From the NCBI RefSeq assembly GCF_044704955.1, contig NW_027253674.1, positions 434,001 through 498,000 of the forward strand: DNA of 64,000 nucleotides, in the 5' to 3' direction. Source of the stretch: Pristiophorus japonicus. Taxonomy: Eukaryota. Under the pieces are notes generated by a model. The model had not been told where the DNA came from, did no database searches, and saw only the letters and a program-made list of their open reading frames with translations. A program made the position numbers and the translations under genes. Below, piece by piece: positions 50,803 through 64,000 of this stretch (positions are counted from its first letter, which is position 1; each line of letters opens with the position of its first letter).

Positions 50803-53800
50803 GATTTGACTTTCTGTGACCTCCAATGAGCGCTGTTCGTTTTAGACAACAACTTCAGTCAAACATTGCTATACAGGCTGAAAAAAAATCCCTATTTATA
50901 GCCTGAGTGAACTCTCCAGTGAGACAATTAAACTGCACACTGAAGGATATTATTCACAGTCACTGAATAAACAAGTTGTCCGAACCTTTTCTTTGCATCA
51001 CTTTCAATTGCAAAATATCTTAAAAGCAACGTGGCTTTGAGATCAAATAACTTTATCCAAATCCAAGCACTATTTGTAAAAGCAGAAATAGTTAATTCCA
51101 CAGAATCACAGCATGCATATGAAGGGAGCAACTTTCATTTAGGGAGTTTATATTATTACTGAGATGTAAAATAACTCTGTAATTTCAGATTTTCAATTCA
51201 CTTCTCGGGGTAACACAAGTGAAATAAAACAAATGGAAGGATAGATGCAGGCTAAGTAAAGGTCAGTAACATGCATGGGGACTGACAGTACAGTGCTAAT
51301 TAAGGATACATGGGCACTGATAAAACAATGGTCAGTAAAGATATATGACGACTGATCACACAATGATCAGTAAGGATACATGGGGACTGATAATACAATG
51401 GTCAGTAAGGATACATGGGGACTGATAAGACAGTGGTCAGTAAAGATATATGACGACTGATCACACAATGATCAGTAAGGATACATGGGGACTGATAATA
51501 CAATGGTCAGTAAGGGTACATGGGGACTGATAATACAATGGTCAGTAAGGGTACATGGGGAGGATAATACAGTGGTCAGTGAAGGTACATGAGCACTGAT
51601 AATACAATGGTCAGTAAGGGTACATGAGGAGGATAATACAGTGGTCAGTGAAGGTACATGAGCACTGATAATACAATGGTCAGTAAGGGTACATGGTGAC
51701 TGTTAATATAATGGCGAGTAAGGATACATGGGACTGATAATACAGTGGTCACTAAGTGTACATGCGGATGGATAATACAGTCGTCAATTAGGATACATGG
51801 GGACAGATAATACAATGGTCAGTAAGGGTACATTGGGAAGGATAATAAAATGGTCAGTAAGGGTACATGGTGACTGTTAATATAATGGTGAGTAAGGATA
51901 TATGTATACAGATAATACAGAGGTCAGTAAGGATACATGGGGACAGATAATACAGTGGTCAGTAAGGGGACATGGGGCATATAATATATTGGTCAGTAAG
52001 GGTTCATGGGGACAGATAATACAGTGGTCCGTAAGGCCATATGGGGGCAGATAACATATTGGTCAGTAAGGGTACATGGGGACAGATAATACAATGGTCA
52101 GTTAGGATACATGTGTGCTGTTAATACAATGGTCAGTAAGGATTCATGGCGACCTATGCCATACAGATAGTCACACGCCATGCTATCGTTTATTTTCCTC
52201 AGAGCAGGGAATGTAGAGACTGGAGGTGAGGAAAGGCGATGAAAGGAGCAGAGAGGTGAGGAGGGGAGAAGAGAGAGGACAGGAGGCGGGAGGGGAGTAG
52301 GCGAGAGGAGATGAGTGTGGAGGAGAGGAGAGGAGGGGAATAGGAGAGCAGAGGGGAGGGGAGGAGATGCGTTGAGTGGATAAGACAGCAGAGCAGAGTA
52401 GAGGATAGGAGGTGAGAGGAGAGGTTGGAGGAGGAAAGAGAGAAGATGAGCAGGAAGGGGAGGAGGGTTTAGTGGAGGAGAGGATAGAGGAGAGGGGAAG
52501 TAGAGAGGAGAGCAGAGCAGAGATGAGTAGAGGAATGGAGAGGAGAGTTGATAAGAGGTAAGGAGAGGACAAGAGAGGAGAAAAGAGGGCAGAGGAGAAG
52601 ATAGGAGATGGGAAGAGAGGAGAGGAGGGGAATGGAGATGAGAGTGTAGGGGAGATGGTAGGAGAGGAGAGTGGAATAGAGGTGGGGAGAAGGTAGGGGA
52701 GAGAAGAGAGATGAGAGGGGAGAGGAGGAGAGGAGCGGAACGCAGAAGGGAGGAATGGAGTGAAGTAGAGAGGGGAGAGAGGATGCGAGGGAAGGAGAGT
52801 AGAGCAGAGGAGAGGGGAAGGGCGGTGGGAGAGTAGAGGAGAGACCATCAGAGGAGAAGAGAGGAAGAGAGTAGGGAGAGCAGGGGCGAGAAGAGATGAG
52901 AAGGGAGGGGAGGAGAGGGGAGAAGAGAGGGGAAGTGGGGAGGAGAATGGAGGGGAGAAGAGCTGTGGAGAGTCGAGCAACGGAGAGGAGAGTAGAGGAG
53001 ATGAGAGGAGAGGAGAGAAAAGAAGAAAAGGAGAGAGGAGGGTAGTAGATTAGAGGAGAGGAGAGGATGAGACATGGGACAAGAGAGGATAGTGGAGAAG
53101 AGGGCAGGAGAGGAAAGAAGAGTGGGTAGTGGAGAGGTGAGTAGAGGTGAATGGAAAAGAGGGGTGGTGAAGTTAGGGGAGAGGAGAGGAGAGAGAAGAC
53201 AATGAATGAGAGGAGGAGGTGAAAAGAGGGTAGAGGAAAGGAGAGCAGATGGGAGGAGAGGGTAGGAGGGCAAGGAGAGGAGTGGAGAAGAGAGGAGTGG
53301 AGAGGGTACAGGAGAGCAGAGGGAACGAGAGGAGCGGGAAGGAGAAGAGAGGGGAGAACATCAGAGGACACAAGTTGAGGAGAGGAGTTAAAATGAAAGG
53401 GGAGAAGAGGTGAGACGGAGGGGAGAGGAGAAGAGGGGAGAATTTAGGGGAGCGGAGTAGAGATGATTGGAGTGGAGAGGAGAGTAGAGATAGAAGCGAC
53501 TTGAAAACAGGGGGGAGGAGATGATAGGGGAGGAGAGGAGATGATTGGAAATGAGAGAGCAGAGGAGAGGAGATGAGAGGAGAATGGAGGAGAGGAAAGG
53601 GGAGGAGAAGAGGGTCGGGGTGAGGGGAGAATGGAATAGAGGCATGGAGAAGGTAGGCGAGAGGGGAGAAAATGAAGACATAAGAGAGTTGAGGAGAACA
53701 GCTGAAAGGGGAGGAGAGTTGTGGAAAGGCGGGGAGATGAGAGAGGAGAGAGGAGAGAACGGGAAAACAGGTGAGGAGAGAAGTGGAGAGGAGAGAGGAG

Positions 53801-54282
53801 GAGATGGGAGAAGGGATGAGCCGACTGGAGAGGATAGAGGAGGAGAGGGGAGAGGAGGAGAGAAGATGAAAGGAAAAGGAGGTGATCAGAGGAGAGAGGA
53901 GATGAGAGGAGTGTGGAGGAGAGGGGAGGCGAGAGTAGGAGAGTTGTGGAGAGGGGAGGAAAAGAGGGACGAGCGGAGAGAGGAGAGTAGAGATGAGCAG
54001 GGAGGGGACGAGAGTGTAGGGGAGGAGAGGTGAGAAGAAAGCAGAGCAGTGGAGAGTAGAGGAATGGAGAGCAGATGTGATGAGAGGAGAGGAGAGGAAA
54101 TTGGAGTGAAGAGGGGAGGGGATTAGAGGAGAGGACTGGGCAGGGGGCAGGAGAGGGTAGGGGCGAGGGTAGGAGAGGAGAATAGAGTAGAGGAGGGGAG
54201 AATGCAGGGGAGAGGAGAGGAGACGAGCATAGGAGAGATGTGAGGAGAGAGGAGAGGAGAGGTGAGGGGTGAGGAGGGGAGG

Positions 54283-57200
54283 TGTTGGGGTAAAAAGGAG
54301 GCTTCTCTCCTTTAGGGTGGACTAACTGATGTACTTAAACGACATCTCGCCCAGCTTCCCACTGTATTACGACCAAGGAAGTAAACAAACGAAACCTCAG
54401 GTTTATTGGTTTTATTACGAGCAATGCACGGGAAGGTTCAATCTTGGATACTCTGAAATAGAAGGGTTTTCAAGCATAATTTTTACAGGTGTTGGAGAGG
54501 AGCTTTCCTCCTGAAAAATCATCGATAGTTCTATTGCTATTAGCGAAGTTACATTGATTTGTTGACTCTTATCAGACGGGCTGTGAGTGGTACATGCAAC
54601 TGCCCATCTCTCATCTTTGTTTTGTTCCATTTTGCCCTCTACCCCAGTCTATCCGATGCCTGGTATGGTTGTCCTGGCTTCTTTATCTCTTCTCAGGGAC
54701 TTGTAAAGAAAACTGCTGATTTTGGCTAAGGTTAAGCTATAATATACTGCGTATAAGTGTGTTACACCTTTATAAGCAAGTGTTTCATACATAGGTAATT
54801 GATAAGTTCACAACCTTCAGCATAATTCTGACCCCATATCTACAACCTTATTATTTATCCTTTACAATTCCCCCTAATGGCCCTTGGCTATATGCCCAAG
54901 ATAGGCCATTTCGCAATTAATTCCACATGGGTGAGCTTCCAGGGGTGACCTTTTACTTGGGTAGTGCTACTTCCCGAGCTCCTGGACCTATCTGTTGGTT
55001 TTCCCATCAAGGTTATACTATGTAAGTCCTTTCTGCCAGACTGTCTGATTTCCCTTTCTTCAATGTTTTATCCATAGTACGGACTAGGGCCTGCCTCTTA
55101 CGTCGGTTACAGCTTTTAAAGGATAATACTAGCAAGGTGAGTTCCCTTGCACTACAACCAGTACATTGAGTCCAGCATAGTTCGTGTATAAGTCCTTTCT
55201 AGCCAATACTTTCTCGGTGTTCGAATAATGCCCCGCCTGGGGTATCCTCTCTTTCTTCTATTTTTCCTCCACTTGGGGTCTTCTCTATTCTACCGAATTC
55301 CTGCCCTGCCTGGGGTATTCTCTATGTTGTCGAATGGCGTCCAATTCAGTCCAGTTTGTTTCTCGTTCAGTTGGAGTATTGGTTTTCCTTGTTGTCCGAT
55401 GGCCTTCGCATAACTTCCTCAGGTAATGTCCATCATTGCCCCGTCGATCTTTCCTCCTTTAGCTCAGGGGTTGTAATAAACCCATTTATATCTGTCTCGT
55501 CAAGTGGAGTAAAGCAGAAGTCAATATCCATAATCGTGCATGAGGTGTTCCTTTCTTCATTTCAGTTGCCGTGATGCTCACACATCAATCTCCATATCCT
55601 CGTGAAACAGCGATAATTTTGTAGTCCTGTGTTAGTGGGGGTGATGCTCAAGGTGCACCCGTCCACTTGGTTATATCCACAGTCATCTTTGATCATTCGT
55701 AGTGGATCTCGACATAAAGCAACTTGGTTATTTTTATAACAATCTATATATGCTGAGACTCTTAGTACTGTTGTTCTCTTCAATTACATTTCTGGTTTGT
55801 CATCATACCACACGCGAGTTTGATTCCTATTTACTCCTACATTGTTTGATGTAGAGTATCTACCATTGTCACATCATACTGTCCTATAGATAATAAAAAA
55901 TCTATTTAATGTGCGGTAACACAGCTGGCCTTTGGGACCCAAGCATGACTGTTTCTCTGCAACTCGCAGGCATGAGTCATGTTTTTGTCTAAGGTCCAGT
56001 TGGTAAATATATCGAGTGTTATCCAATCCGGCACCTTTCCATTCTGAAGCTTTTCAATGTTATGTTGTATTCCATTCAGCAACCATACTCCATATCCTAC
56101 ACATACTAGTTCTGTCTGTATGGTTTTACTTAAGTTCGTTTCTGCTCTATTCATTTATATTTCTGGCGTGGTCTCGCAATGTGTGGGCCAGTTTAATAAT
56201 TCCCTTTCTGCGCCATTACCCAGTTGTGTCTGTAACTTTTCATGATCCTCATCCCTTTCCAGCAATCCCTGTAAGGTTTGTGTTTGGGCATTAACTCGAT
56301 CATCTATCGTGTCTGGCTCTATAGGTTGCAACTCCCGCAACGTATCCCACCGTATACCATTTCTAGTATCCCTCTTTTTCCCCTGTCCCGTTTTTTACCT
56401 GACCCTCTTTCGACAATAAACTTCATGGTTTTGGATTCAGCGCCTTTAGTGCTCGAAGGATCATGTTTCTATACAGGCTTATACTGTTTAACCCGCAGAT
56501 GTTGGGGTAGCTTTATTGTTTAATTTTAGGAATACAGTAATTATTTGCTGACGTACCCTGAAGTGTATCTTATCCTTGGTCTTCCTTATCAATTTCTCTT
56601 TTGCCCCAGTGTTCACAGTTGGACAGGTTTGTGGCGCTATGGGTGTGATGGTCGAGGCCCTGGTAATGCTCACTGTTGCTAAACTAGTGGATGGGGCCGT
56701 GTTGGTGGGTCTATCTCTGGAGATATCCCTCCACCACTATTCATAGATGTTAGTGAAATCTGCACCCCCTTCCCCTGGGGCAGTATGTTTGTCCCTCCTG
56801 ATTATAAAACACACCGCGGTCTTATTCCCACTAATTATGGTTCTATATTATTGACACATCCCCGATGTTGTTTCGTTTCCTTGTAACGTTGTTTTATGCC
56901 CGTTATTTAACTCTACTGTTGCTCCGTCCGACACCATCAGTGTTTTTGATGTTTTATTAAACTAATGTCGCCCAAGTCCCTGTAATACAGGCCTTGCCAT
57001 CCCTCAGTCTGTTGTCCCTAATATGAGGCTGCGTTACTCCACGTTATTTCCACGAGCTCTCGAGTCCTGCAAAAAGCAATATTTTCCAGTCGTCACTGGT
57101 TAGTTAGTGACCATGCTTTTTTAACTGGATCCAGTGTTTCCACTTGCCGATACTCCTTAAAAGTACCATAACTTACCATGATTACCTGATAGAGACCGAT

Positions 57201-60200
57201 CCATTTGGATGTGATGCCGAACCTCTCTGAGGTAATCTCTTGACTGCCTATTTGGGGTGTTTGGTATTTCTGTTTCTTAGTGTCATTCTCTAAATCCATC
57301 ACCAGCATCTGGATATCGAGCTTACCATGTTTGTTCTACCTGTATGGACATACCCGTGGTATAAATTTAATAGGCTCCCCTGGATGCATTCCGGGGCCAC
57401 CACATTCCCATCTTTTCTCCATATCCCTTCGGTCCCTTGTTTGGCCATCTCTGCTTCACTCCTCCTGTTCCTGCGGAGTGGCCTCTCCCTGTACCTCAAG
57501 CATATTTACTTCCTCAGGCCCAATTGTACATGCTCTGCCTTGGGCTTCCCCGGCCAGTGTACCTGCCACTCACTTGGCTGCTTCATTTGTCCATGCATTC
57601 CCCTGTTCATACTGATCATTATTTTTTACGTGTGCTTTGATCTTTATTATCGCACACTCCTGGGGTAGGAAGGAGGCTTCCACTAGATGTTTCCCAATCT
57701 CTTCATGTTTAATCGGTCCTCCTCCTGAGGTCGTGTATCACCGTCTGCTCCAGGCTATCATATAATCATGCTCTACTCCGATAGCATATCGACTGTCTGT
57801 ATAGATATTTACTCATTTTCCCCTCGCAAGCCTCAGAGCCTCAGTGAGAACCACTAATTCAACCACTTGAGCTGATAGATTCTCTTCTAACCGTCCTTAC
57901 CCTTTGACCTGACCGCTGCTATCTACCACGGCCCATCCCGTCTGTGGTGTCCCATTGATATAGCGCCGAAACTCATCTAAATATAGATCCATGTCTGCCT
58001 CCTCAAGCAGGGTTTCACTTGCCTGACTACTTCCCTCATCTTCTGTTGTGCTACAATGATGCTCCTCTCCCTCTGCAATGATCCACCCTGCAGGCGTCTT
58101 TTATTATTGTTACCGTCCCATTGAGTGGGGCGGGGCGGGGGGTGGGGAGTGGCGGGAGAGGAGGGGGGTGAACATTATTTACCACCTCGCCATTTGTGCA
58201 TCGAATACATTTTTAGCCTTCCAGTGTTAAGTAATTCTACTAAGGTACGCTGGGTTTGTAGAATAATGCACCCTGACATTATTATTGGTTCGTTAACTCT
58301 GATGGCCCAAGCCGCACAGTCGAGGGCAGCAACGCACCTGGACCGTCCTGCAGCTGCAGGTTGCGGTTTATCTGAGTAATATGCCACGGTCTATGCCTGT
58401 CTCCATGTAATTGAATCACTACCGCGTTATAATGATGGTTAATATGGTAGGTATAGATGGAAAAGGGCCTATTCTGGTCTGGTAGTCCCAGGGCTGGAGC
58501 ACTTGTGAGAGTTTGTTTTAACCGCACACATGCAGTTTTTTGATCTAGGCCCCAGTTTACTGGCTCTTAGGAGGGTTGCCACCCTTTGACCTGTTTCTGT
58601 ATAGGTTAGGCCACCTTGCCATATTCGGGAATAACATTTCTGCAGCAGTTGAATAGCCCAAGTACCTGCCTGACCCCTTTCACGGTTCCTGGTCTGGGGA
58701 TTGATTGAAATGCTTCCTTACTGTCCTCCGGCATCTGTCTCTTCCTTTACGATATTATGTATCCCAGATATGTTACTTCGCTCCTTCCTTCCCCTACATC
58801 TACTGGATCCAAAATCCCTGACAAATTCGATGAAATATGCTCCGGCTGTTATTGAATCGCTGTGGTACCTTGGCCCATGTGTATTGTTTTCCCTTTACCG
58901 TGAAGACAACATTTCCTTGAGACTCTTTGTCTAAGGGGATGGTCCAAGTTCCATTTGTTATATCCAGCATGGTGAATATCTTATGATCTGGATCCAGGCC
59001 ATTAATAACTGTGGCCGGATTTGCTACTATTGGGTGTTCTCCGGAAGTCACCTTATTCAGAGCGGTATAATCGATCGTCAATCGGTAAGACCTGTTGGGT
59101 TTCTTCATCAGCCACACTGGTGAATTAATGGAGGCTATTACATGTTTCAATACACTTTGCTCCTCTAATTCCTGCACTATCTGACAGACCGCTACCTCAG
59201 CTTCGGGTGTTAATTGGAACTGTCGGTGAGCTTTGTGTTCGGGTGCAGGAATTTTGATGGGTGTTATCTCTGCTAATCCATAATCTTGTTTGCATTGTGC
59301 CCACAGAGTCGGGTATAATTGGCACACGCTACCCCATACACCCTTTGTTTCCCACTCGGGTTGAATTATGGTTGTTCCGACCACTCGTTGCTGCTGGTGT
59401 CCCGGGTGTTCGAACTTAATTCGGTTTTCGTGCTTATCCCCCAAAATTATCCGGTTATGCTGAGGATCTATCAGTACCCCTATCTCCCTTAATGTATCGA
59501 TGCCCAATATGTTGTCTTCTGTATTCTGACAGCACCAAAACTGAGCAGGTAGCATTACCCCTGTACTTCTAACAACAACATCTCACTTAGGGTTGTTTTC
59601 TGATATCCCGCACCCTCTATTTGTAATTGACGGTCCTATGGGTCAGGGGCAAATCTAAGTTGGTTATTGAGTGTTCTCGGGTTGGGGCAGTGGTACCAGT
59701 GGTGCTGGTACCTGTCTGAGCATGTCCATCAGATCTTCCCTGGTTAATGGTGTTCCCTTCTTTGCCTGTTGGTGGCCTCGCCTTCCTACGCCTCTCCCAT
59801 TACTCCAGCAATCTTTGGCCAAATGTCCAAGTTTACCACAATTTTGACATCTCCCTTTAGAATTTCCGTAACTTCTGCTTTTTTGCGGGCAATCCCTACT
59901 GAAGTTGCCTTCCTGATTACAGTTTAAACATATCAGGTGAGCTGCGAGGGAGTGTGTCTCTTCCTCCTTCGTCTCGGCTGCTAGTGCTGTAGCTGCTATT
60001 TTTGCTCTTTTATCCCTTTGTTCGAACTTTAACTCCTCTGCATGTTCTGCCCATTCCAAAGTTTCATCATAATCATCTCCAATGTTAAATACTCACTTAA
60101 TTGTCTATTGATGTGCCTTTCAATGTCTATCCTTAAAAATTTTCAAGAATGCTGCATCGTTTCTGTTCTGGTCATCAGCCCCAGAGTGTTGTTTATATTC

Positions 60201-63200
60201 AATCCACTTTCGTTCCCCATACTCCCCAACCCTTTTCCCTGTCTTTTGCGTCAAAATATTCTACTCCAAACTTTTGTCAGAATTCTGTATTTCAACTATT
60301 TTGCTTTAGTGGTTGGTAACTTATTGAATAGAATTTGTGTCCTGTGGGCTGAGGGGCACCTCCTGTTTGGTAATGTGGGCTGCTCTACATCCGCTGGAGC
60401 GAATGGTGGTGGTGCGTATCGTGTCACTGATAAATAGCCATTATCATGTGCCGGGGCCCCTCGAATCTGCAGTCATTATCCCTGTCTGATTGACTGTTAG
60501 GTTGGGGTTGTTGACTGCACTTACCCACCGTGGGGTACACCATAGGGATAGTACACTGCACTATCCGTCTGGTCCTGTCTTTATCTCTTTCAGCTTATTT
60601 ATCTTAGCTTCTAACTCTTGAATTTGTTATGTTTGAGTATCTATCTGTCCTCTGTAGCAGGCAAGTATTATTGCATAGGCTTTCTTCGTTTTATTTTTAT
60701 TCTGACTATCACACCATGTCCTCTGTCTGTCGGGTGAGTCTTCTTTCTTTTATTAAGAAATCCAAACTAATAATGTCCAGTATAAATAAAACAGCTGTCA
60801 ATGGAATGGGTTAACTCCACTACAGGTTTGTAAGAAGGTCTGACGTCATTACGTGACTTCGGGTATTCATCTGACAATATTTCCCCAAGTCTTTGTGCTT
60901 TCAAAACTTGATAGAAATTAGGAATCCGTTCAAATAGCAGAAATTATTAGTAAAGTTTTCAAAATAAAACCTTCTCAGCTGGAAAGGCAGCATTTTAGAT
61001 TAAACTCCAATTTCTCTACACATCCAATTCAAATACTTGCCAACGAGTTTTTCATTGATTTAAAGCGAGACCACACATTTTTAATAGCTATTCTGTTTAG
61101 TTTACAGAAATCCAATTTCCACGGAATCTATATACATTCCTGCAGTTTGGATTTTTTACGATCCCGTTCACTGAGCAAATCTTATGTTTTATTTCTCTCG
61201 GCACAAAATCTAATCTTCGGTGTTAGTCCATCTTTTTTAAGAATTCTGTAACTCCCAGTTTTTTCATTCTGTGCTGAGTTCGCCTAGCTTACTACTTTTC
61301 TCCCTTTTGAAACCGAACTTAATCATTTTCTGATGACCTTACTCCAGTCCATAGTTAAACATCGTTTTTTCTCTTTCTCAGCACAAAGCTTTGTCGGGTT
61401 TAACTCGTAAGTTTTTAGATTTAAACCAATATCTTTTTCACAGCCAATTTAAATCTCGTTTCTTCAAATTAGGTTTTGTAATTTGATGATCTTCCTCCAG
61501 TCCATTTTACTCAACATCTTTGTTTCTCTTTCAAGCTGCTGCAGCTTTCAAGTTCACATTTGTATCTTTTGGTAAAAACAAACTGTCCTTTGTAAATTCA
61601 ATTTGCTTTTCCAACATTTTTCTTTTCTTTTATTAATTTTCCATTCATTTCAGCTAGCATTTTATCCCACTGGCCAGTTTTCCTAGGATCCTGGGATCCC
61701 ACCCCACTTTTTAGCTTGAATTCCTTCTTGCTTGCACTGCACACAATCAATACCAGCTTCACTGTGTTATTACCATGTCATGCTTCAGGTCATACGCCAT
61801 ATATTTCCTCTAACGATCGCTGGGGTACACTCTCCCTTTAGTTGTAATGCTTCTTTTTCAGGCAATACACCTATCCCACCCTTGGTTTTCAGCCTTCTGT
61901 GGTTCGTTATAACTTGTCCGACAGCTACCCCTTCTAATTCTTTATACAGATTACCTCCTTCCCCGTCAATGCTACAGCCATGTTGCTCCTTTCAGAGTAC
62001 AACACTGCATATCTGGTGCGATCCAAGTTCCTCCCTTCTTAATCAGATATCTTGGATATTCCTCATACTGTTTATGGATCGGACCTAACTCAGTCTTCCA
62101 CCCTTGCGAACAATTCTACCCTATACACCGTCCAAGGTTTCGTTTCATTTCCATTTTTCCTTAGCAAAGGCAAGACCAATCCCACTGGTCTAATATTTTC
62201 ACTTCTTTCTCCTTTCCTAGGGGACAAAATCCCCATTCCTATTGGCTGCATCACATCAAAGCCTATGACTTTATTCCCCTAAACCATTTTCTCAGTTGTC
62301 CTTCATGAATAACCAAAGGGATTTGATTACTCTCTCTCTTGTCTAGTCCCTTCTGTACCACATTCATCATAAATGTCAGAGGCTACACATGATACCACCA
62401 GTAAGCCACATCGTGTTCCCATTCACTTTCTATATCTATTCTGTTTACTCCTGCTAACCTTGCTGTGGCTCCTATTCTGAGCTATCCTGTCAGCTCTCAC
62501 TTTCCGTGCGATTTAAACTGATTCTCCTTGTGTTCCCCATCTTCCTCATCCCTTGGCTCCTGTTTTCTATTCTTTACTAACATATCCTTTACTAATTATC
62601 TTCCAATTTTGTCTATTAACTGTGAATATCTCCCTTCACATAATCTAGTTGATAGATTCAAGCTCATGTTTAAATCTTTTGATTTCAATTCACAATTTAA
62701 AAACACACATTGTTATATAATACATTTCCTGATTCAGTTACTTCTAGTCCATTAAAATGTGGGTTCTTTTACTGGATCGGACAGGTCGAGTTCTTTTTGT
62801 GAGGTGGGATGTCATTTTATTTAAGTCCCACATATGATGATCACCATCAGCATTTGTACTTGGCAAACCAATAGTTAACATTACTGATCAACATACGACA
62901 TTTCTTACTTTAAAATAACCTGCCGTCATTACCTTTTTAGTTTGTATTGAAGTATTTTATAATGGTCTTGAATTACTTATTGTCCTGGTGTGATACTAAT
63001 TCTTTAAGTGAACACTATTAATTTAGTGTTTGGGATCAGGGTGTGTCCCAACCCACCTGGTTCAGGGGAGTCTTCCTGGTCTCCCAATCTTCCCAAGGAG
63101 CACGCTTTAGGGTTCTTTCTCTATTACCACCAAAACTATGCTTTTGAATGTCTCTGCCTCGGTTTATCACGGATTCCAAAACTAACCCATTTGAGTTCCT

Positions 63201-64000
63201 CTGCTTCCTCCTGGAGATTGCCTCTCACTTGGATCCATGTTTTGTTATGGAACCTGTAAGGTCTGGGCTCCTGATCTCCCACCTTCAGCTTGTAGCTGAT
63301 CTGTACACAGCCATGACCACCTTGTCCAGACAGAGACAGGCTGACTGTTTTTGTTTTTAGCCTCTCTACAAGCTTTCTTTGTTCAGTACTTAATGGAGGC
63401 CTTGAAACTGACGACCATTCCAGCTGTAAGGAAATCCTAGTTTGATCAGCATTCTCGCCACTGTTAATTCTAATGCCTCTGACAGGTAGCAGTGTGTTTA
63501 ACTCTATCCGGATTATTTCAAAGTCGCTTTCTCTATGGAGAATGTGTCACGATCTTGATGGTTTAAAAAGTTCTCTCACTCTCCTGAGCCACATTAGCCA
63601 TTTCATGTTGTGCTGTTGTCTATAACTGAGCATGCCTGAGACTCGTTCACACACACACACAGCGGTATCCCAGTATCATGCCACATGGGACATCTGATCC
63701 AAGCCATTTGAGATGATCTTATCAAAAGATCGTGGGGTGTCTGAAGATCTTTGCTCATCTCCCTCTGCACGATCCCGATGTCTCGGGTAGTGGCCAGGCG
63801 ATCAAATTCAGTTTTCTTATTGTTCAGTGTAGGCAATGACACAAACATCTGAGAGAAATCTTAGCAATTTCCTACACTTCCCTGACTTGAACAAGATTTT
63901 ATATTAACACCAGATTGTACCCAGGTGATTTATGACAATTCGCCCAGGAACAATGAGTTAAGAAAAATTGCTATTTGGAGGTGTAACTTTCCTGTTTTCC
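54283..64000 (-). mobile_element. ERV-A copy 2 (3' LTR 54283-54866; env, pol, gag; long pre-gag region apparently running off the window)
   Basis: Paralog of 14452-22157, with RT ORF 58800-59555 and gag 59664-60059. Assignment of 61979-64000 to the provirus is inferred from continuing decayed minus-strand reading frames and the absence of a PBS or LTR. Confidence 0.8.

Larger units (their letters stand above)
41631..61978. repeat. Segmental duplication copy 2
   Basis: Colinear with 1795-22157. Confidence 0.97.

Overview
This is eukaryotic DNA, almost certainly from a cartilaginous fish (shark): it carries shark-type IgM constant exons, CR1 LINEs and a SacSINE1/DeuSINE-like SINE. The window is built around a ~20 kb segmental duplication (1795-22157 vs 41631-61978, offset ~39.8 kb). 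Each copy holds a deleted endogenous retrovirus (ERV-C), an intact two-exon GPR139/142-like GPCR gene, several tandem repeats and a second defective ERV (ERV-A). Between the copies lie a third ERV remnant (ERV-B) and an orphan IgM heavy-chain constant pseudogene (Cmu1-4, minus strand, no V/D/J seen). Its secretory tail is split by a CR1 LINE, and that CR1 has been hit twice at the same position by a Tx1-clade LINE. The most notable observations are: (i) an apparently CR1-targeting, site-specific Tx1 retrotransposon; (ii) GPCR paralogs differing by 19 nonsynonymous and 2 synonymous changes, clustered in extracellular loop 2 and TM7, interleaved with an Ig locus; (iii) complex ERVs with a long, non-gamma-type Env ectodomain and unexplained ORFs upstream of gag. 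All alignments and counts were done by eye; no database search was run.
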